From Candidatus Bathyarchaeota archaeon (GTDB lineage: Archaea > Thermoproteota > Bathyarchaeia > 40CM-2-53-6 > RBG-13-38-9): a DNA stretch of 64,000 bases. This document shows positions 10,320 to 20,031 of this stretch, one piece after another. The stretch is from the NCBI GenBank assembly GCA_963807605.1, contig CAWECG010000001.1, forward strand, positions 416,001 through 480,000, in the 5' to 3' direction. The notes below the pieces were generated by a model. That model saw nothing but the letters and a program-made list of their open reading frames with translations, made no database searches and had not been told where the DNA came from. How positions within the stretch are numbered: position 1 is the stretch's first letter; each line of letters opens with the position of its first letter. The position numbers and the translations under genes are program-made.

Positions 10320-10380
10320 CGCTCACCGAGGGATACGTCGTCGCCTTAGCTGGTGAGCACACACACAATATGCTACTCAC
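10320..10380. repeat. Repeat family copy 4
   Basis: CGCTCACCGAGGG...CCTTAGCTGGTGAGCACACACACAATATGCTACTCAC. Confidence 0.75.
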
Positions 10381-10451
10381 TTACGCACGTCGACAACCTC
10401 GACGTAACTTTTTTAATATAACGCCAAAGCAAACATAACTGTGTTAAGACA

Positions 10452-11003
10452 ATGAATGATCGAACTGTGGCAGGGTCTCTCCTACTAGTCGGCAACGCCC
10501 AATACATCATTAGTATAATTGTGTCGGAGTCTGTATACCCTAATTACAGCATTTCTCTTAACTATATCAGCGACCTGGGCGTAGGCCCTACAGCCGCAAT
10601 CTTCAATTTCTCAGTATTTCTAGCCGGTTTGATGGGCATAGTAGGCACCTATTTCATTCATCGCGAATTTCACAACCGTGCGTTCACAGCATTCATTGGT
10701 CTCTACGGCATCGGAGCGATGGTCGTGGGCATCTTTCCAGAAACTACGGGTCTACCTCATTTAATAGCCACTACCACAGCCTTTCTTTTTGGAGGATTAG
10801 CCGCGATCACTGCCTACAAATTTGAGAAAAAGCCATTAAACTATTTCTCAGTCATTTTAGGAGTATTATCATTGACTGCGATGATTCTCTTCATTGGCCA
10901 TGCTTACCTCGGCCTTGGGAAGGGGGGCATGGAGCACATGATCATTTATCCACTATGGGTTTGGGAAATTGCATTCGGAGGACACCTGATTAACAATCAG
11001 TAG
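10452..11003 (+). CDS. DUF998-family membrane protein
   Basis: YPNYSISLNYISDLG, GIFPE...H and GGMEH motifs with about five TM helices. Confidence 0.8.
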   Translation: MNDRTVAGSLLLVGNAQYIISIIVSESVYPNYSISLNYISDLGVGPTAAIFNFSVFLAGLMGIVGTYFIHREFHNRAFTAFIGLYGIGAMVVGIFPETTGLPHLIATTTAFLFGGLAAITAYKFEKKPLNYFSVILGVLSLTAMILFIGHAYLGLGKGGMEHMIIYPLWVWEIAFGGHLINNQ

Positions 11004-11113
11004 AAGGCAAACTAAGATCATAGTGACGCCTGCCGATTTTGAGTCCGTCCGTGCTGATAGGTATAATCTGTCTTATTAGTCACGCACCTGTCACATTACT
11101 ATGATGAGTTGTC

Positions 11114-11701
11114 ATGAAGTTTAATGGTGTCAATCACCTCGCGATGGCAACAGGCAACATGGACGAGACGATCCGATTCTGGAGAGACCTGCTTGGCATG
11201 CGACTGGTGGCCGGACTAGGCGAGCCCGGCTACAGACACTACTTCTTCGAGCTCTCAAAGAACGACCTGCTCGCATTCTTCGAGTGGCCAGGTGTCGAGC
11301 CGGTACCTAAGAAGGATCATGGGCGGCCTGTCTCCGGCCCCTACATCTTCGACCATGTCTCCTTTGGGGTAGAGACCGAGGACGACCTTTGGGAGCTTAA
11401 GGACAAGATATCGGCAGCAGGCTTCTGGGTCTCAGAGGTCATAAACCACGGCTTCATCCACTCCATCTACGCCTTCGACCCAAACGGGATCCCCATCGAG
11501 TTCAGTCATAACGTCGAAGGAATTGATGTTCGCAAACATCCTCAGATGAGAGACAAAGCCCCCTCAAGCACAACTATTGAAGGTGCTCAACCCCAGCCTG
11601 GAAAGTGGCCACCAGTCAAGAATCGCACACCGAAAAAGGAATGGATTGTTTATCCAGGCGCAGGCAGCGAACTATTCCACGGCGTAAAGAAGACCAAATA
11701 A
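11114..11701 (+). CDS. VOC/glyoxalase-family protein
   Basis: GVNHLA, FFE, DHVSF and SIYAFDPNGIPIEF metal-binding pattern. Confidence 0.9.
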   Translation: MKFNGVNHLAMATGNMDETIRFWRDLLGMRLVAGLGEPGYRHYFFELSKNDLLAFFEWPGVEPVPKKDHGRPVSGPYIFDHVSFGVETEDDLWELKDKISAAGFWVSEVINHGFIHSIYAFDPNGIPIEFSHNVEGIDVRKHPQMRDKAPSSTTIEGAQPQPGKWPPVKNRTPKKEWIVYPGAGSELFHGVKKTK

Positions 11702-11771
11702 GATCTCCCCGAACCAGCCTACCCTCAAAATGCGCCACACGCTAGCACAATTACGACGCGCCCGTAAGAGA

Positions 11772-12056
11772 TTATTTTCTGAGCTCTTTGTTTCTCTTCT
11801 GACTCTTCTCCCTAAGCTTCTGGTTCTCCTCTAAGAGACGCTTCATATCATACTCAGAGTAGGGCGTCTTGGTCTGCCTCTGTGTCTGAATGAACTCCGA
11901 TAACAGGTTGAGAAAGATCTCGGAGGGCTGAGACTTGTTCAATCTATTGATCTTTGTGATAATACCATGCTCAGATCTGAACATATGTACTGTAACGTCA
12001 GGATCGTAACTGATATGGTGGCGTTGAACTATTCTGTATCGAGTTCGTCTTCTCAC
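11772..12056 (-). CDS. Small basic protein with a degenerate HNH-like motif
   Basis: RHHISYDPDVTVHMFRSEH resembles HH.SY.PE..V.LC..CH HNH-like proteins but lacks the Cys. Confidence 0.5.
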   Translation of the reverse strand: MRRRTRYRIVQRHHISYDPDVTVHMFRSEHGIITKINRLNKSQPSEIFLNLLSEFIQTQRQTKTPYSEYDMKRLLEENQKLREKSQKRNKELRK

Positions 12057-12181
12057 AAGCCAGGCCTCAACAGCAACCTACATAAACTCTCAATCAAAAA
12101 AAGCGCGCCCTAACCATCAACGATTACCGCTGTGTAACCCCTGATTAGGAGGTGCGCCGCTCAGGTTTTATTCCCACTTGT

Positions 12182-12632
12182 TTAGGTCGAGTCTTCGAGT
12201 TCTTTTGCCCGTGACTCAACGAACTCTACAACCTTCTCTTCACTGAACTTTCTTTCTTCCTGTTGCTTTTCTAGGAGTCTCTTGACCGTCTTCAGTAGAT
12301 CTTCTATGTTGATAGGTTTGACGAGGTAGCCGTCAGCGCCCTTGTTCACAGCCTCGACAGCATTCTGCAGTGAGGGGTAGCCTGTTAATATTATCTTCAC
12401 CATTCTCGGGGTTGTCTCCTTCAACTCGGTCAGGAGTCTCGTCCCCTCCATATCGGGGAGGCGTATGTCTATAAAGGCCAAGTTGTAGAATCTGATCTTT
12501 GGACTTTCTTATTGCTTCACTCCCGTTTTCAGCTTGGTCAACAAGGTATCCTTCTCTCTCTAATACGGCGGTCAATACGTCTCTTATGCTCTCATCGTCA
12601 TCGATCACAAGAATTCTGTTAACTTCGTTTAT
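12182..12632 (-). pseudogene. Stand-alone response regulator receiver, frameshifted
   Basis: RILVIDDDE...(frameshift at the T run ~12498-12500)...FYNLAFIDIRLPD..ILTGY..YLVKP; removing one base restores a full REC; likely ATA start at 12632. Confidence 0.85.
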
Positions 12633-12653
12633 TCCTCTCCACCTCTTTAGATT

Positions 12654-15317
12654 CTACTTGATTGGAAGCGATACCGTGAAGGTTGAACCCTTACCAATAG
12701 TACTTTCAACCAGTATTGAGCCTCCATGCGCCTCTATAATTCGCTTGCAGATCGGTAAACCGAATCCCATACCCCTCGCCTTGGTCGTAAAGAGCGGTAC
12801 CCAGAGCTTCTCCATAACCTCCTGGGTCATACCTTTACCAGTGTCAGCGAAGGCGACTCGCAAATTGCCTTCTGATGCTTGGCTCATGATTGCGAGTTTG
12901 CCCCCTCCAGGCATAGCGTCTATAGCGTTCTTGATGAGGTTCACGTAGACTCGCCTCAACTTCGCTGCGTCAACCCTCACCTTCGGTTCGTCCCCGGTCA
13001 AGTTTGATATTTGGATATTCTCTGGGACTCTTAATGAAGCTAATGCATCCTCGATCAGCGATCTCTGGTCAATCACTGTCAGTTCCAGCCGCACCTCCCC
13101 TGAATAATCTAGGAGGTCGCCGACTATCTTGTTCGCATAGGCGACATCCTTCTCTATTATCTCCAACATCGTCCTGACCTTTTCGTCAGTCGATGTCCTC
13201 AGCCCTACCTTCAGTACATACGCGGCGGCAAGGATTCCCTGAAGAGGATTGCGTAGGTCGTGACCAACCATCCCTGCTAATTCTCCAATAGCAGCCATCC
13301 TCTCTGACTTGAGAAGCAGAGCCTGAATACGTTTGTGCTCAGTTACATCGTGCGCGACACCTTGGACTGCTGGCCTGCCTAGATAGTTTATAGGGATCTC
13401 TACGACCTCGACATCGATGGGTGCACCATCTAGGCGCAGGAACTTCTCTTCAAATACAGGTGCCGATCTTCCTTCTTCAATTGCACGTTGCATCTTCTCC
13501 GTGAAACTCTCCCGATACTCTGGGTGAATAATATCTGTCACAGACCTTCCGATGATCTCTTCAGGATTTGTTGCTCCCAGAAGTCTAGCTCCTGTAGGGT
13601 TCATGTAGACAATTTTGCCTTCGCAGTGGACAAAGATGATATCCGGGGCGTGCTCCAAGAGTCGTCGGTAACGTTCCTCACTCACTGCCAAGTCTCTACT
13701 CTTCGCCCTAACGAGATCCTCCAGGTGATCTGATTGTCTTCTAAGCTCCTCCTCCAGTCTCTTTCGCTCGGTTATGTCACGAAGACTAACTACTCTTCCA
13801 ACTATTCTTCCTCCGATCCTTTGAGGTCTGGAGTATCTTTCGAAGACCCGGCCATCCTTGAATTCAAGCGTGTCTAAGAGCTCTATGTCCGGCTTAGCGA
13901 ATAGTTCTCCGGTACTTCTCACAAAATGCTCTGGGGCTTTCAGCTGGTCCTGAATAAAAGTAATCAACTTTCGGTCATCACGCGTTGTCAATATTGTCTC
14001 TGGAACGCGAACCATGTCCACATATCTTTGGTTATAATCTGTTACCCATTTCTCTGAGTCAACCACGAGGATGCCGTCAGCAGTAGATTCAAGGGTTGCA
14101 CGTAATACAGAAAGGGAACCTTCGAGCTCCTGCTCCATTCGCTTGCGCTCAGTAATGTCGCGGAAGCTGACTACTCTTCCAACAGTTCTTCCTTCTATCC
14201 GACTGGGTCGAGAATACCGCTCGAAAATTCTTCCATCTTTAAACTCTACCAGATCAAAGCTTTCAACATCGGGATGAGAAAATGATTCTTTAATTCTTCT
14301 GTAGACGATCTCGGGATCTTTGGCCTGCTCCTGCAGAAATGCAACGACTTTGCTGTCATCCCTGGACTCCAAGATATGCTTGGGAATGCTCGTTATCTCA
14401 ACAAATCTTTGATTATAGTTGGTTATCTTTTCTTCATTGTCGACTGTGAGGATTCCGTCAGCGGTCGAGTCTAGGGTCGCACGCAATACAGAAAGAGAGT
14501 TCGAAAGCTCTTGCTCAATCCGTTTGCGCTCGGTGATATCAACCCAAATTGAAAGGTAGTACCTAAGCGTCCCGTTACTCGTAATCGGAGTAGCGCTAAC
14601 TTCTATCCAGAAATCCTTTCCTTTCTTCGTTTGGAAGCATTCCTCATGTCGGGTAGCTCCTTGACGCATATACTCTTCGAGACGTTTACTAATCTCATCT
14701 TTCAGTTCCTTCGGCCACCATGGGTAGGGAGCTTTCCTACCAAGGATTTCTGATGAAGAATAACCTGTCAATAATTCAAGGGCCGGATTCACATAACGTA
14801 TTGATGTATCCTTGTTAGCGACGAGTATTGGGTTCGGGGAGTTGGCCAGCAGGCTGGAGCTGAACTCCTGACTTTCTCGCAGTCTCTCCTTGGCGCGTCC
14901 TTCTTCTGTGACATCTCTTGAAACAAGTATTATGCCCCTTTTGCCATCTAATGTCTTAATAGGTTTGGCTCGGATGTGAGTGACCCTTCCAGTGGACTCA
15001 GCAAGGCGGGTGTCTTCGAAGGAGTCTGCTCCCTTCTCCAGTATTTCATGTACTTCGCAAGGTACCCCCGTATGATAGCACGGACTGTCTAAGTCTCTTA
15101 GAATTTTATGGCATTTCTTTCCCAACATATTTCCATAGACATTCTTTGCGGATTCATTGATGAATCGACAAATGTAGTCTTCATCGATGACTACTACGCT
15201 GTCTGACATGTTGGAAAGGATGTTGTCTAGGAAAGGCGAGGTCTCGACTGGTCTGCGGAATTCCCGCTCAAAGATATCCTGTGTCTCTTTTTCCTTTGAT
15301 CTTCGAGCCTTTTTCAA
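12654..15317 (-). CDS. Cytoplasmic multi-PAS sensor histidine kinase
   Basis: Five PAS/PAC segments (each ending DVTE/DITE), HisKA GHDLRNPL, HATPase NLIKNA/DTGKG/GMGFGL. Confidence 0.95.
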   Translation of the reverse strand: MKKARRSKEKETQDIFEREFRRPVETSPFLDNILSNMSDSVVVIDEDYICRFINESAKNVYGNMLGKKCHKILRDLDSPCYHTGVPCEVHEILEKGADSFEDTRLAESTGRVTHIRAKPIKTLDGKRGIILVSRDVTEEGRAKERLRESQEFSSSLLANSPNPILVANKDTSIRYVNPALELLTGYSSSEILGRKAPYPWWPKELKDEISKRLEEYMRQGATRHEECFQTKKGKDFWIEVSATPITSNGTLRYYLSIWVDITERKRIEQELSNSLSVLRATLDSTADGILTVDNEEKITNYNQRFVEITSIPKHILESRDDSKVVAFLQEQAKDPEIVYRRIKESFSHPDVESFDLVEFKDGRIFERYSRPSRIEGRTVGRVVSFRDITERKRMEQELEGSLSVLRATLESTADGILVVDSEKWVTDYNQRYVDMVRVPETILTTRDDRKLITFIQDQLKAPEHFVRSTGELFAKPDIELLDTLEFKDGRVFERYSRPQRIGGRIVGRVVSLRDITERKRLEEELRRQSDHLEDLVRAKSRDLAVSEERYRRLLEHAPDIIFVHCEGKIVYMNPTGARLLGATNPEEIIGRSVTDIIHPEYRESFTEKMQRAIEEGRSAPVFEEKFLRLDGAPIDVEVVEIPINYLGRPAVQGVAHDVTEHKRIQALLLKSERMAAIGELAGMVGHDLRNPLQGILAAAYVLKVGLRTSTDEKVRTMLEIIEKDVAYANKIVGDLLDYSGEVRLELTVIDQRSLIEDALASLRVPENIQISNLTGDEPKVRVDAAKLRRVYVNLIKNAIDAMPGGGKLAIMSQASEGNLRVAFADTGKGMTQEVMEKLWVPLFTTKARGMGFGLPICKRIIEAHGGSILVESTIGKGSTFTVSLPIK

Positions 15318-15398
15318 ATACCTCTCATCTTCGTCAAAGTTTTATCAAAGTTGATATTAAATTGCTGACTGCGATCTGTAATTCTGTCATGATTCTGC

Positions 15399-15731
15399 TT
15401 ATTTCCTCGCACATCGAACATATTCGAGGAGTGTCCAGTCTGGATGTTCATAAAAGTTCAGATCGAGCCTATCATAGAGATGCTTGGCGATGAGCTTCTC
15501 AACAATCTTGGTTCCCCTGCCAAGTATGCCCTCCAGAGCTTTATGAAAGGTCTCAAGGTGCTCAGGGATTTCTTCGCGTCTGATTTCATACTTCCGCTCA
15601 ATATGGCCATAGATGGCTTGACGGGCACCCTCGCTAAAGACGGCCAAGCCATAGTCAACAGCCTCAAGCAAAATCTCTCTGAAGCGCCTAGCCAAGTCGA
15701 TCTCAAATTTCTGTGACGTGATCTTCACCAT
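15399..15731 (-). CDS. DUF3227/NitrOD1-like output-domain protein
   Basis: ILLEAVDYGL...AIYGHIERKY..EEIP...F..ALEGILG.G..IVE pattern; directly upstream of the kinase. Confidence 0.75.
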   Translation of the reverse strand: MVKITSQKFEIDLARRFREILLEAVDYGLAVFSEGARQAIYGHIERKYEIRREEIPEHLETFHKALEGILGRGTKIVEKLIAKHLYDRLDLNFYEHPDWTLLEYVRCARK

Positions 15732-15843
15732 CTGACAAATCCGCGGGATGATTGTAGTCAGCTCCCATCTTTGGCCAGGATCTCGAAAATCGCGTCAAAT
15801 GATCGCATCCAAACACGCGCGCCAACCTTCCTGTGTTCTAGGG

Positions 15844-15872
15844 GATGTCCTCTCACCAAGGGAAGTGTGCAC
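15844..15872 (+). repeat. Partial repeat-family module
   Basis: GATGTCCTCTCACCAAGGGAAGTGTGCAC matches the right arm of copy 1. Confidence 0.55.
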
Positions 15873-16005
15873 TAAGTTACACAAGTTAGCTTCTTAAGAC
15901 TAGTAAAAACAGAAGTCTCGTCTATCTAATCTAGAAATACACAAAACCATTAGGCTTATTACGCTGGTGATTTCATTAAAGCCAGTTCATAGAGGAGTAT
16001 CACAT

Positions 16006-16152
16006 TTGGTAGAGATGTTCTGCGTCAAGTGCAAAAAGAAGGTCACAGTTGACGACAGCGCGGTCAAGAGAGAGATGACTGTAAAGGGAAGACCGATTCT
16101 GAAGGCGATCTGTCCAGTCTGCGGTACTAGGATGACCAAGTTTACAAAGTGA
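16006..16152 (+). CDS. Small zinc-ribbon protein (DUF5679-like)
   Basis: FCVKCK...GRPILKAICPVCGTRM; GAGGAG SD before TTG 16006. Confidence 0.85.
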   Translation: MVEMFCVKCKKKVTVDDSAVKREMTVKGRPILKAICPVCGTRMTKFTK

Positions 16153-16278
16153 AAGCCCTCAACTCCCTTTCATACTTAGTAATTAGACTGCGGTCGGTAC
16201 CAGCTGAAGTCAGAGCCTAGAAAACCCAGAGGTTTTTTTCCAGAACTTAACCCTCCTAACCCTCCATTATACGATTCA

Positions 16279-17031
16279 GTGAAACGACACCTCTCATTGG
16301 AGAGGCTGCTTTCTAGGCAAGTGGATGAAGCGGTAGAGAGGAAGTACTGGCGTTTTCGAGCTGATCGATGGTACGGAGGTATAGCAACAGCCGACTGTGT
16401 CGGATGCGGATTAGCCTGCAAGTTCTGCTGGGTAAACGAGAAGGTTCTATGCAATCCGAGAACAACAGGTTCATTCTATAGCCCACGCGATGTTGCTTCA
16501 AGACTCAAAACCATAGCCTCTCAAAGAGACTACAGTCAAGCTAGGGTGAGTGGCGGCGAACCTACGATCTCAAGAGCCCACCTTATCCAACTACTGAAAC
16601 ACCTAGATCATAGCTCTCTAGCCTTCATTCTTGAGACGAACGGGATCCTGATAGGATACGAACGCAGGTACGCAGAAGAACTTGCACAATTCGATTTTCT
16701 GCAGGTCAGAGTTTCCCTTAAGGGATGCTGTGAAGCTGACTTTGAGAGGCTGACCGGAGCCTCACGTGCAGGTTTTAATCTTCAACTTCAAGCCCTCAGA
16801 CACCTGATCGATGAGGGTGTAAGGTGCCACGCTGCGGTTATGAAATCCTTCTCTTCAAATGAATCTTTTCAAGGCTTAGTCGATCGGCTCTCAGGAATCG
16901 ACCCACAACTAAGCGCATTTGAAATTGAGGAGGTGATAATGTATCCGCGGATCGCCAAGAAGATCAGCAAACTAGGACTGAACCCTCGAGTCTCTCACGA
17001 GCCAAGCAAAGTTCCGGCGTATCTTGTCTAG
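16279..17031 (+). CDS. Radical SAM protein (archaeal Fe-S oxidoreductase type)
   Basis: CGLACKFC (CxxxCxxC), SGGEP, LETNG. Confidence 0.9.
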   Translation: MKRHLSLERLLSRQVDEAVERKYWRFRADRWYGGIATADCVGCGLACKFCWVNEKVLCNPRTTGSFYSPRDVASRLKTIASQRDYSQARVSGGEPTISRAHLIQLLKHLDHSSLAFILETNGILIGYERRYAEELAQFDFLQVRVSLKGCCEADFERLTGASRAGFNLQLQALRHLIDEGVRCHAAVMKSFSSNESFQGLVDRLSGIDPQLSAFEIEEVIMYPRIAKKISKLGLNPRVSHEPSKVPAYLV

Positions 17032-18719
17032 GATCTCTTGAAGACTGCACCTTTGTCGGCTGAGGTTACCAGTTGAGCGTATCTGTAAAGGTAGCCGCGT
17101 TTGATCTTTGGTTCAGGCGGCTTCCACGATTTCAGTCGTCGTTGAAGCTCGTCTTTTGAGACTTCGAGGTCAAGTCTTCTTGTCTCAGCATCCATGATTA
17201 TAGGGTCTCCATCCTTGACCAGTCCTATTGGGCCACCTTCAACTGCTTCTGGTGAGACGTGTCCTATGCATGGGCCTCTGGTCGCCCCTGAGAATCGCCC
17301 ATCTGTTGCCAAGGCAACGGACTCTCCAAGTCCCATACCTGAGAGCATGGCGGTCGCCATCAGCATCTCCCTCATGCCAGGTCCGCCTTTAGGCCCTTCG
17401 AACCTGATTATAATAAAGTCCCCAGCAACGATTTTGCCATTCTTAAGCGCTGCGATAACCTCTTCCTCACTATTGAAGACCCTGGCGGGGCCCTTGAACT
17501 TGTACATCTTCGGCGTCACAGCCGCTATTTTCAGAACAGCGCCGTCTGGGGCTAGGCTTCCGCGAAGTATGACCAGCCCTCCTTCCTTGTTAACTGGGTT
17601 GCTTCTTGGTCTTATGACCTCGCTGTCGAACACTCGGGCTTGATCAATTATCTCTTTGATAGTCTTACCGCTGACCGTCGGGAGATCCAGATGAAGCAGA
17701 TCATCAAGCTCTTTCATAAGTGCCGGAACACCTCCTGCATTGTGGAGGTCAACGATCTTGTAGATTCCTCCAGGAGACATGCTACAAAGCTGTGGCGTTC
17801 TCCTGCTGATGTCATCAAAGAGTTCGAGCGGAAGATCTATAGCTGCCTCATTTGCAACAGCTTTAAGGTGTAAAATTGTGTTGGTAGAGCCACCCAGAGC
17901 CATGTCGACCGCTATTGCGTTCTCGAAGGCTTCCTTAGTCATTATCTGGCTGGGTCTGACATCTTTCTCGATGAGATTCATTATCTGCCTGCCGATATCG
18001 TGACACAGGCGCATCTTAGCAGCATCGACTGCTGGAGTCGTCCCCATGTAGGGGATAGTCATCCCCAACGCCTCCATGAGTGCCTGCGTTGTGGTCGCCG
18101 TGTAGAGTCCACCACAGGCACCCGGCCCTGTTAGCGTAATCTCTTCAAGATATGCAGCCTCTTCAGGAGTGATCTTCCCAGCCTGTAGGAGCCCCGGCAC
18201 TTCAAAAAGCTGTCCGACAGTGATCTTCTGACCTTTGTAATACCCCCACGCCGGACAAGCGGGGTACATAGCACCTCCAGGAGCCATTATAGTAGGTATG
18301 TCTAGTCGGGCAGCAGCCATCAACATACCCGGGTTTATCTTATCACATGTTGATAGACAGACCATCGCGTCGAATAGGTGACCTTGAATCATTATCTCAA
18401 TCGAATCCGCTATCAGTTCCCTGCTGGGCAGAGACATCCGCAGTCCCTCGTGACCTTGGGCTATACCATCGCACAGGGCAATCGTGTTGAACTCAATAGG
18501 AGTTCCCTGGGCCTCGAGGATTCCACGCTTGATGTTCCGACTCAGGGTATTCAGGTGGATGTGGCCTGGAACCAGCTCATTCCAAGAATTGACGACTGCG
18601 ACTAGCGGCTTGCTTAGATCTTCCTCTGTGAATCCTGCGCACTTGAACAGGGCGCGATGTACGTAGCGGTCGGTTCCCTCGACGACCTCTCTGCTTCTGA
18701 GTCTCGCTTTCTGTGACAG
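17028..18719 (-). CDS. ilvD: Dihydroxy-acid dehydratase
   Basis: CDG, CDK, GGSTN, GPKGGPGMREML, TDGRFSG. The frame continues 94 codons upstream of the track start with a conserved N-terminus (NSWNELVPGHIHL); start at CTG 18719 or ATA 18722. Confidence 0.95.
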   Translation of the reverse strand: MSQKARLRSREVVEGTDRYVHRALFKCAGFTEEDLSKPLVAVVNSWNELVPGHIHLNTLSRNIKRGILEAQGTPIEFNTIALCDGIAQGHEGLRMSLPSRELIADSIEIMIQGHLFDAMVCLSTCDKINPGMLMAAARLDIPTIMAPGGAMYPACPAWGYYKGQKITVGQLFEVPGLLQAGKITPEEAAYLEEITLTGPGACGGLYTATTTQALMEALGMTIPYMGTTPAVDAAKMRLCHDIGRQIMNLIEKDVRPSQIMTKEAFENAIAVDMALGGSTNTILHLKAVANEAAIDLPLELFDDISRRTPQLCSMSPGGIYKIVDLHNAGGVPALMKELDDLLHLDLPTVSGKTIKEIIDQARVFDSEVIRPRSNPVNKEGGLVILRGSLAPDGAVLKIAAVTPKMYKFKGPARVFNSEEEVIAALKNGKIVAGDFIIIRFEGPKGGPGMREMLMATAMLSGMGLGESVALATDGRFSGATRGPCIGHVSPEAVEGGPIGLVKDGDPIIMDAETRRLDLEVSKDELQRRLKSWKPPEPKIKRGYLYRYAQLVTSADKGAVFKRS

Positions 18720-19018
18720 TATTGACTACCTCGAAATAGACAGCGTGTCGTAAGCGTTGAAGTACAATCTTAAAGTTTTGCCTTTCTCAACGTCCTTTCC
18801 TTCAGGTTGATAGAGGCGACTTCAGTTTCTCATACTTAACAGTGTCACGATCGCAATCGTTTACGGGCGTGCATCACAAACGCTTCCACGTTACGAAGCC
18901 GGTCATGATGGATACTGCTGAAAGTTGTGAGTCTGTGTTCAATCTTTAGAACGCTCGTTTCAAAGTGTGCCCTTATAAGTTGTCGGAACCAAACTCATCC
19001 ACGTAAAGAGATGGTTAG

Positions 19019-19774
19019 ATGTTGAACGGTGATAAGAAACCCTTCTGGGTATTGGCCGCAGTAATAATACTCCTTGTTATATTGAACGGGGCGTTCCTTT
19101 ACAGAATGGAGACAAGGAGCAACCCATCTTCAGTGTCCACCTACACCTCAAACAAAGAAGAACAGCCCAAGAACACAATAACGGTCTCTGGAACCGGGAT
19201 AGTCCACTCAAAGCCAGATCAGGCGCTCATAACTGTCGGAGTCAGTACTGAATCGAAGAGCGCAGAAGATGCGCAGCAAGAGAATGCAGAGAAGATGAAC
19301 TCAACAATAGGTGCTTTGGAGGCAAACGGCATCTCCCAGGATAATATCAAGACTATAAGTTACCGGCTTGAACCGGTGATGAAGTATGATGGGACTCCGG
19401 TCCTGGTCGGCTACCAAGCAGAGAACATGATACAAATCACTCTTAACAACATCACGAGCGTCGGGAAGATCGTGGATATAGCTGTCTCCGCAGGGGCAAA
19501 TGAGGTTCAGAGCATTCAGTTTACACTCACAAACGACCACCTAAGCAGTCTAAGAAATGACGCCATAGACGCAGCAATCGAAGACGCAAGACAGAAGGCA
19601 GAAACAACGAGCAGAAGTCTAGGGGTTCAGCTGATAGGGCCATCGGAAGTAAGCCTGACGACTGGATACGAACCTACTCCAATGACATTAGCACCGAAAG
19701 AGGCGGGGACCCCCGTTATAGCGGGCGAGCTCGACATTTCAATAACCGTTCAAGTCGTCTACCAGTTCAAGTAG
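19019..19774 (+). CDS. SIMPL (DUF541) domain protein
   Basis: N-terminal TM; ITVSGTG..KPDQA, AGANEV..IQF, AIEDARQKAE. Confidence 0.9.
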   Translation: MLNGDKKPFWVLAAVIILLVILNGAFLYRMETRSNPSSVSTYTSNKEEQPKNTITVSGTGIVHSKPDQALITVGVSTESKSAEDAQQENAEKMNSTIGALEANGISQDNIKTISYRLEPVMKYDGTPVLVGYQAENMIQITLNNITSVGKIVDIAVSAGANEVQSIQFTLTNDHLSSLRNDAIDAAIEDARQKAETTSRSLGVQLIGPSEVSLTTGYEPTPMTLAPKEAGTPVIAGELDISITVQVVYQFK

Positions 19775-20031
19775 TGATTAACCTCTCACTACTACTGTTC
19801 GCATTCGAGTCGGCAACTATTCTGTGAGAACATCACGTTATGTCCGCGGATACAACTTCGAATACTATACTGATAAAGACGGCAACGACTGTGCTTCTGA
19901 AGCGCGCGCTACTCCACTGGAAATCAAGGTGAAACAAATTTGAAAAAAACAGACTCGAACCATACACCTAAAATACCACCTCCACCACCTTACTTCTAGG
20001 CGCAGTCACTTTATGATAGGAGAGGGAAAAC

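Noticed and set aside
522-10380. Repeat family as a CRISPR array or integron attC array
   Set aside because: Copies are kilobases apart, variable in length and orientation; no cas genes, integrase or GTTRRRY core seen.
12151-12174. Weaker tRNA-end-like strings (also near 34363 and 7733)
   Set aside because: T-loop or spacing too degenerate to distinguish from chance.
12608-12656. The kinase TAG stop is in frame with the downstream receiver (possible amber/pyrrolysine read-through hybrid kinase)
   Set aside because: TAG ends many ordinary genes here (tbp, glgP, VOC, SIMPL), no pyl genes are present, and the receiver has its own SD.
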